From NCBI GenBank assembly GCA_002633005.1, contig NMRA01000925.1, positions 33,457 to 97,456 of the forward strand: a stretch of DNA of 64,000 nt, given 5' to 3'. Of the stretch, positions 55,261 to 64,000 are shown in pieces. Under the pieces are notes generated by a model. The model had not been told where the DNA came from. It saw nothing but the letters and a program-made list of their open reading frames with translations, and did not search any database. Source of the DNA: Phoronis australis. Taxonomy: Eukaryota; Animalia; Phoronida. The translations under genes and the position numbers were made by a program. Numbering within the stretch: position 1 is the stretch's first letter; every line of letters starts with the position of its first letter.

Positions 55261-55488
55261 TCTCAGAAAAAATCAAAACAAGAAATTTAAAACCGTGTGA
55301 TAAAAATAACAGAATAAGGCCTATTAGGAAATATTTTCAATTATAATGACTTAATATAATAAAGAGTGGAAATGAAAAGAATAATCTATGAGTTGTTTTT
55401 GGTGGCAAGAGTATAAATTCCCGGAACGGAGTCAACTACAGGGACGAATTTTCCCGATGACGCATAATCACACAAGAAACAAGGCGTG

Positions 55489-55629
55489 CGTTCAGTAGAC
55501 GCTAGGACCTACGCTAAGACCTAGCTAAAACCTTGTCAAAGTCACGTGTTGTTATTTAAAATACACGGCAATATCTCACGTAATCTCGCGAAGTCTTGAT
55601 TTTTAGCGAGGTCCTAGCGTTACTGAACG
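55489..55629. mobile_element. small palindromic MITE in the DIMT1 upstream region
   Basis: CGTTCAGTAGACGCTAGGACCT...AGGTCCTAGCGTTACTGAACG; internal part matches about 62510-62595. Confidence 0.6.
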
Positions 55630-57546
55630 GGAGGAAGTTTTGTTAGTAGTGAGTGACGTCATTCTAGACATGAGGAACTCAAGTGCCTGTGGGGCTAACA
55701 AGGTCAACTTTGAGAGACGTAATGCCGTGCGTGAACTTGGAATCTTGCGTGAACTTGGAATAAATTTCTATTCCAAGTTCACGCAAGTAATCTTTAGAGC
55801 AACCATTTGCGACATCTAGTGTGCAGCTGTTAAGTATATTTTCGCCGTCAGTCGTGAGTTATTGTTTCTGTTTTAATTATTTTTATTGTCCATTCTGGAT
55901 GTTATTCTGGTATTTCCAGAGGTGGCTTGACTGGGATGGGTGGTCACGGGTGGTCGAGGGGCTGAAATGACTGGCAACCTGGGACCTTTGGTATGAGCAT
56001 TAAGAGCTAGGATACGGACTCAGAGACAGAATGTAGGCACTTACATCGCGCTGAATCCTGAATACCGCCGCAGGCTAGAAGAATCATGAGTTTCTGCCGT
56101 ATCTACCGTACCGCGAAGGGTTTTGCATTGAACAGTGCGTCATGTCCGTTGTACCTGTCGCCTTACCCCCACTCCCTTGCACTGGCATACGCCAGTGGCA
56201 GTGCTTAGAGTTAGAGCTCGCAATCTTTGTACTCGTAATTGGTGGTAGTGTTTTCATTTTATATCTCACTGACATCGCCAATCGTTGCCTGCATGGTCTA
56301 AGGGATCTGTAACCGTTTCTTATCGGATATTAAGTATTAAGGAACAAGATCAGAATAACAATTGTTTAGCAATAGTGTTAATTTTGGCCATTAAAATACC
56401 AGTTAAGTGGAAATACTAATTTCATTTTTAAACGTGCAATTTAATGACTATTAGTTTTTTATTGGTATCCTGTTCTGTGATGTCATCAGGTCTAAATATT
56501 GATGACAATAGTTACAGAATACAACTGGTTCTGTTGACAGATTTTGAATGTTTTCATAGAGTGAGATAATACTGTCCATACCACTTGCTTTGGCACAAGA
56601 TCTTGCAAACGCCGACTGCCCAGAGCATTGAAAAGCAACCACGTCATTTGACGTGAATATGCGTCTTTTGCAGGTTGTCAACATCTCTAAATACAGTTGA
56701 TAACATTTAACAGCTGGACTGAAACATGGTGGCATACAGTAATATTTGATACAAATGTTCCCAGAGATTGAGGAGCATACAGAGGTAATGACATGTCTAT
56801 AGGTTTTTGTTATGCAAGATAATGTGATTTTCAGCTTGCAGTTGTCATTGTCCTTGAAGTTTGTCTTCTATCAGGAAAGTATTTTTTCCATCAACACTTT
56901 CATTTATATGTTGCATTTAGTTGTCTGTAGTACATAAAATGCTTAAATGTGATGGCTGATCTTGTTTGAATCTGATGAATTATCATTGTCACTTAATGTG
57001 GAAACAGGGAATAATATATTTTCCATTTACTTGATTTCCTTATAAATCCAACATTCACCTATTGACAATAAATCTTGATCCTTGTTCACTTTTCCAAGCT
57101 CATTGTATTGGTCACAGGCATTATGCATGTCAACATGAAAACAATTTTGTCTGTAATGTGTATTTTCGATTGAAGAGTTGTGTATTTAATATTATCGTGT
57201 TTGCATAAAAGAAATCTAAACTATTCTATTTATTTTTTACAGGTTCTAAGCAACTTCCCGTGTTCCAGAAAGTCATAGATAAGAGGAAGAGGCGCACTCA
57301 ACTGACAGAGCATGTTCAAGCTACTAAATCAGGGACACATAACTGGTTTCATTGACAGCAGATGTTACACAGAATCTGTTATAACCATTCGTGCTACTGT
57401 GCCCTGTGTGTAGGTCAACAGATTAGCCAAGGTTGGAGGACCCTATTCCATTGCTGTTACAGCATCAGAAGCTGCTTGCCAATGATTGACCTTAAATGCT
57501 ACTGGCCAATGAATTCTTGATATCAGTCTAAGAGTGAATGGTGTAG

Positions 57547-58217
57547 GAAGCGCCCTTAGCATTATACTGATCCTGAGTGTAATATGGACCAAAGAAGAGC
57601 AATGTTGCCTGGGGCCAAAGGCAGGTCTATGTAACCTGATATGCCTGATAGATCAGTCTGTATTTCTTTTATTAAATGGCTACTGGTGCTTCGTTAATGC
57701 TTTGATGTACTGACATTGTCTGCTTGCTTTGTTGTCAGGGTTTATCGTTTTTATGGTATCTGATTGGTAACATTGCTAGTTGCATGACATCCTGGCGGCA
57801 TAAATGAAAAGTGTTATTCCACGAGGAGGTGGGTTAAAATTATCAAACTGTGTTCCAGACAATCAGAGGACAGAAGTATAANGAAGCGCCCTTAGCATTA
57901 TACTGATCCTGAGTGTAATATGGACCAAGGAAGAGCAATGTTGCCTGGGGCCAAAGGCAGGTCTATGTAACCTTATATGCCTGATAGATCAGTCTGTATT
58001 TCTTTTATTAAATGGCTACTGGTGCTTCGTTAATGCTTTGATGTACTGACATTGTCTGCTTGCTTTGTTGTCAGGGTTTATCGTTTTTATGGTATCTGAT
58101 TGGTAACATTGCTAGTTGCATGACATCCTGGCGGCATAAATGAAAAGTGTTATTCCACGAGGAGGTGGGTTAAAATTATCAAACTGTGTTCCAGACAATC
58201 AGAGGACAGAAGTATAA
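57547..58217. repeat. 335-bp near-perfect direct duplication around N57882 (probable assembly overlap)
   Basis: 57547-57881 vs 57883-58217, two substitutions seen. Confidence 0.9.
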
Positions 58218-60823
58218 GTAGTCGTGTAATGAAACAACATGATTAACCCAAAAGTTAATGTCAGGACATAAAGTTATGTGGAACATGACTGACAAATATC
58301 TACAAACTTTGGAATTTAACTTTCTATTACACTACTATAATTCATGAAAGTAGAGAGTCTGTATATATTTCCTTTATATATCAATCTGTCATTAATTGGG
58401 TGTCTTGACCATATTTTTAATAAGATTCCAGAAGAAAACAGCGGAGTCGATAACATGACCAATTTTCTTTTGATGTAAATGTTCAAGATGAAATCTGAGA
58501 AATGCAGATTCTGTTTTCTAAGTAACGCTTTTGGTTTTATTCAATGTTTAAGTTTTTGATGAAATTACTGAAAGTCCCTATTTTAGCTAGCCCTCCCATG
58601 CCAAAGTAGAACAGTCGAGACAATCCCTAAAATGGGGAACAGTGCATAAAGTACAAGATGTGAAAGTTTTTGTTGGAATCCTATCAGCTATTTGTAAGAT
58701 ATGTTTTCAGCTTTACCAAGTTTGAACATTTGTCTAGGAACTGTCATACCCTTAACCTGATGATCCAATATTGTTCTTTTACTGGGCAGTGAATGATATT
58801 ATATAAATATTAGTCTTCACGTGGACCATATGTTGATCACATCAGATGTTGGCTAACAGGTTAGCAGAAAGTCCTGGGCTCAATCCTAGGCTGGGACAGA
58901 GAGCATTTTAGATGTAACTATGTATCACCTTATGCCACCAAAATATGGGGTGTGAAAATATTAATAATTTGTGCTTATTATTCTTAAAATTTTAACAATT
59001 TTTTCCTTTGAATTACACTTAGGGCTCACTCTAGTCAAAAATGGAACCTTTTATTGTAACAAAATCAACTTTTTTACTATTGCACCCAGATATTTATATG
59101 TTGGTGCCCACTTCTGTCATCTTCGTCTGGGCATCCATAATTTGCCTTTGAACCTTCGAATTTCAATTTTGTAATTTTGATAAAATACAGCAAATAGGTT
59201 TCTATTAAGGAGACGACAACGCCTTCTCATTTTTGGACAGATTTGTTTTTTTCTGCACCACCTGGTGGCCATTTTTAAAATTTTCATGTATATGTGTTTG
59301 ACATCTGCGTCTCTGTCTGCCAAACTGTTCAAAAAACGATAAGGAAAATTGACGGTTGTCTTCCTGATGCAAAGACCCTGGATGATGTTGATTTTCAGAT
59401 GTTTTTGATTTCTGGCGTCCTTTTTGAGCAATTTTGTTTTTTTTGCACCTAGAGCTGTATCTCATTAACCCTTTTTAGGATATTTGCGTATTTGGAAGAT
59501 GGGCTTCTATAGAGATGGCAACATATGATGATGAGTTACAGACAAATCAGACTATAGCTGTGTCCCCCAATGTCAATTTTTTACGTTTGCCTCTGGGAGT
59601 TGCCTGGCATATTTACATGAAATTTGGAAAATACGGTAAAGTCGCGCGATTCTCGGACGGCCCGCCATTTTGGGACAAGAATAAATATTTCCGAAATGAG
59701 TTTTTCATAGTCCACGAAATTCGTACAAGGTCCAAAAACTGATGATGCTCCAATTTAGGACAATGTCATAAACATCGGATTTCTGTCCCGCGACTTTCGG
59801 ACAAGGGAAATTTTAGAAACGCTAATTTCGGATCGACGCAACTCTCGTGTCACTAAAGCGTTCAATGGATGATTACTACTGTATAAGGCTTGAATCCGAG
59901 AATCGGTATAACGAGCTCTGTAATTTTTACCTTGTCTTGGCGATGTCACGACCGTTACTCGATTGACTTGCGTTTCTTGCCAGTGTGTTTGGCGTTTTAT
60001 CTATGAAAAGAATCACCGAGTCTCGCATGACGCAAATTTCTGATGAAAATACAAATGGCAAATGCACCGAAGGCTGCAACTTTTGGTTTAATTAGACCGT
60101 GCTGTTCGACTCCCGACTGTGACATTGAACTTGCACGTCTGACATCAACTTGCGTGTTTACGAAACCGTTTATTTTTAAAACGTCCTTGCCTTTCCAAAT
60201 GCCCGTGTCAGCAGTGGCTAAAATCTCCCGACGACGTGTCCAATTTTATCCTTGACGCGATGAGAAATATTTGTTAGTTTAAGCCCCCCATACACAATAC
60301 AGCCAAGTCTGTCCGTCGGATATCGCGCGTCCAAAGTAGTGTAGATGTTGAACAGTAGTAGCTTAATGAGACGGAGCCAAATTAAAGCTGGATACAAAGC
60401 AAACATAATATTAAGTCGCACACCGTGTGAGCCCCAGCGACAGGAGGCTGCGTCGATCGTTCCGCGCCGGGAAGATTTTATGCTTCTTCCTCTTCAGTCG
60501 ATTAACTATCGTTGGACAATGTAAGTTATGCTGCCACTTACCTGCATCCCGGCGAATGATTGAAATCTTCGTGCAGCCGTTCTGGGCTTGCTTAATAATT
60601 TTGAATGGGACAGTTAGCAAGGAATGAGCCACCACTGACTTCATACAACATTCAGTGCTTCTGACAATGCAATTTTTGGATTGAAACGAAAATTTTTCAT
60701 TAAAAATCTGTATGCATTTCAAACGTCTTTCGTTTTTCAGTGATGTTGCTAACGCATGTCTTCGTGGTAGGGCTCATTCGCGTAAGAACGCAGTTGCGTG
60801 TTTAGCAGTACAAAGCTCTGACA

Positions 60824-63401
60824 AACGGCGCCCGGCGCACACGCAATTGTTACAGAGACATTGCATCCCTGTCTTATGTTGTGTAAGTGCCCATTCGCCC
60901 GCAAAAATACTTTGCTCTGTACTATAACACATAATTATCAAAAAGTAATGTACATCCACGTAACCACGCTTCACTATCCTTACAAATTCCCAGGTTGCTC
61001 TCCGATATGCATGGCAGACTCTTGCATGAATCTCTCTAAGGAAGCTAGTGTGATCGTGTGCTTCGCTTGCAATACCTGACCATACCTGTCGAAGTCTTCA
61101 GTCTTGCGTACTCGTGAGATTCTCGCCCTTGAGCGACGTCCTAGCGTTACGAGCTTTACCCCTATGTAGACCTAAGAAAGAATGAACTTGCGGCGACCAG
61201 ATTTTGCTTGCTCATGCACTGGTCTGTGTGCTTGTGGTCTTCTAATTCGCGCCTTGTACCGTCTAAGGTACAACACCCTGGACATGGTGTCGCAAGATTA
61301 AGATGAATCCGGGCAAGGACACCGGAACTGTGGCACTCTCTGTCTGCGGCGACTAAGAAAATCCTCCACCAATTTCAAAAATGACAATTCAGTTGAATCA
61401 GATTTGGTAGTCGTTGCTTCTTGTGGTCCTATGGGTAGGCTAACAAGAAAACAGGGCCTGCAGTCTGATGCAACGGGCCTGGAGGCTGATAGGTGTTTCT
61501 GACCCGGAGTTCCAAATCTACTTTCCACAGGACCTTATCACCGCCTTCAGTTGATAGTTTTGAGACCGGCAAAAAAGAAACGTGATCTTAAACTACAGAC
61601 CATGCTTTTTGCATTACCTAAGATAGTTTTAGGTGCATTTCAGTTGTAAGTGTATTTAACTCATGTGTTTGATTCGAAAAAGGTAACTTACATTCATTTG
61701 CTAATTATTATTGTTCCATTTTTACCCGGCCGAGGTGATGCATTATACTCCTGCGGCAAGGGTAAATAATTTTGGGATGTATTACCTGCGATTTCCGTAT
61801 ATGTGAGTTCGGGTAACCAAACGTCCGATGTAAAAATACACCAGGGCCTATACTCGGCAATGCCGCATACTATAGCTCCCCCTGAATATATCGTAGTGAG
61901 AATAGCATTATTTTTAGATTTCACTAAACACGCATTTTTATTCTTAGATATGCATCCCAGCAGGAAGAGATAACCAGGAAGGGACAACTGTTTTAGCGCA
62001 TTTTAACGTGATTTCAAACGTGATTTCAAAAGTAAATGTTCAAGTTATCTGGAATCCAAGCACTATTTTTGAAAGATTAACTCTTTAGCTATAAAATGAC
62101 ACCACTTTGGTCCTCAAAGACTGCATATTACTGGCACTGGNAACGGCGCCCGGCGCACACGCAATTGTTACAGAGACATTGCATCCCTGTCTTATGTTGT
62201 GTAAGTGCCCATTCGCCCGCAAAAATACTTTGCTCTGTACTATAACACATAATTATCAAAAACTAATGTACATCCACGTAACCACGCTTCACTACCCTTA
62301 CAAATTCCCTGTTGCTCTCCGATATGCATGGCAGACTCTTGCAAGAATCTCGCTAAGGAAGCTAGTGTGATCGTGTGCTTCGCTTGCAATACCTGACCAT
62401 ACCTGTCGAAGTCTTCAGTCTTGCGTACTCGTGAGACTCTCACCCTTGCGCCCCTGGACGCAGGCTAGCTAGAGTTTAGTAGCTGTCTTGGGACTAGAAA
62501 AATCTAGCCAAAATCACGTGTTTACAATTTAAATACACGACAATATATCGCGTAATCTCATGAATTCTTGCTTTTGAGCGACGTCCTAGCGTTACGAGCT
62601 TTACCCCTATGTAGACCTAAGAAAGAATGAACTTGCGGCGACCAGATTTTGCTTGCTCATGCACTGGTCTGTGTGCTTGTGGTCTTGTTAATTCGCGCCT
62701 TGTACCGTCTAAGGTACAACACCCTGGACATGGTGTCGCAAGATTAAGATGAATCCCGACAAGGACACCGGAACTGTGGCACTCTCTGTCTGCGGCGACT
62801 AAGAAAATCCTCCACCAATTTCAAAAATGACAATTCAGTTGAATCAGATTTGGTAGTCGTTGCTTCTTGTGGTCCTGGGTAGGCTAACAAGAAAACAGGG
62901 CCTGCAGTCTGATGCAACGGGCCTGGAGGCTGATAGGTGTTTCTGACCCGGAGTTCCAAATCTACTTTCCACAGGACCTTAATTGTCACCGCCTTCAGTT
63001 GATAGTTTTGAGACAAAAAAGAAACGTGATCTTAAACTACAGACCATGCTTTTTGTATTACCTAAGATAGTTTTAGGTGCATTTCAGTTGTAAGTGTATT
63101 TAACTCATGTGTTTGATTCGAAAAAGGTGACTTACATTCATTTGCTAATTATTATTGTTCCATTTTTACCCGGCCGAGGTGATGCATTATACTCCTGCGG
63201 CAAGGGTAAATAATTTTGGGAAGTATTACCTGCGATTTCCTTATATGTGAGTTCGGGTAACCAAACGTCCGATGTAAAAATACACCAGGACCTATACTCG
63301 GCAATGCCGCATACTATAGCTCCCCCTGAATATATCGTAGTGAGAATAGCATTATTTTTAGATTTCAAACACGCATTTTTATTCTTAGATATGCATCCCA
63401 G
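60824..63401. repeat. about 1.1-1.3-kb direct duplication around N62141 (probable uncollapsed haplotypes)
   Basis: 60824-61960 vs 62142-63401, with scattered SNPs and indels and about 130 bp of extra sequence in copy 2. Confidence 0.85.
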
Positions 63402-64000
63402 GTATATTTTTGGAACTTGAAAAAATAAGATACGCAAACTGGGTATATAGTGCTGGACTTAATACAGCAATCTACGGTGGATCTTCTTAAACCTGTAAAC
63501 CGTGAAAATTTCATTGAGACAGTTTTGTTCTACTAACATGTTCAACTTACTAACATTCCGTTCATGCAAGTCGGCCAGCTCGTTCGCGTTTAAGGCGTTA
63601 TTGCAACAGTAAGTGTTGTTTTGATTTTTGTTTGGTGTTTCCATATTTGTTATGTATTCCCCTCTTCAGATTGTTACTGTTGTTCTTCAACACCATTTCT
63701 GTGCTCATAATGAGACTTCAGTAAACTCGCGACACTGTTAACTCTATAAATTTTAGCAGAAGTGTGTGACGTCCATCAGTAGAGATCTGTAGGAAGAACT
63801 ATCGGAACCATTGTTCGTAACTGGCAGTAGCGAATATATGACGCAATTAAATGAAAACAGTCGACATAGATGAATTGTAATTGAAGTATATATTGAGGAA
63901 GAAGTGGAAAATTAAGTATGTAAATTGTGGTCGCGAAAATCGTTAAAGCCACATGGAGAACTCGAGCATAAGTTGCGTTGACAAACTTTATTCGTTTCTT

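Noticed and set aside
57547-58217. Biological tandem duplication or LTR pair
   Set aside because: The copies abut exactly at a single N and are nearly identical, as expected for a contig overlap
59630-60800. Coding transposon or gene in the CpG-rich block after TA|CGGTAAAG
   Set aside because: Probably a transposon interior, but there is no convincing domain in any frame (GKNYRARYT is only weakly psq-like) and I found no partner TIR

Overview
AT-rich, intron-rich animal genomic DNA (repeat content suggests a marine invertebrate, possibly a mollusc; inference only). I could reconstruct three host genes by hand: NAGLU (alpha-N-acetylglucosaminidase, GH89; + strand, 19 coding segments, 1383-24571, about 746 aa), an intronless Tctex-1-domain dynein light chain (- strand, 29458-30084) and DIMT1 (18S rRNA dimethyladenosine transferase; - strand, 10 exons, 38948-55151, 306 aa). 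The 8.2-kb first intron of DIMT1 holds a nested transposon stack. A TAGGCAA-ended, hairpin-bearing MITE contains a decayed DD35D pogo element with a C-terminal PHD finger. That element contains a TIR-bounded THAP element, whose THAP domain is split by a second copy of the same MITE. Also present are many MITEs (hAT, Harbinger, Kolobok, mariner-, EnSpm- and MULE-like), tRNA-derived elements including a tRNA-centred fold-back next to a DIMT1 splice donor, a Penelope-like remnant, and a candidate spliced non-coding transcript divergent from DIMT1. Four single-N assembly joins are present, two of them flanked by probable haplotype or overlap duplications. All calls come from manual reading; no database searches were run.
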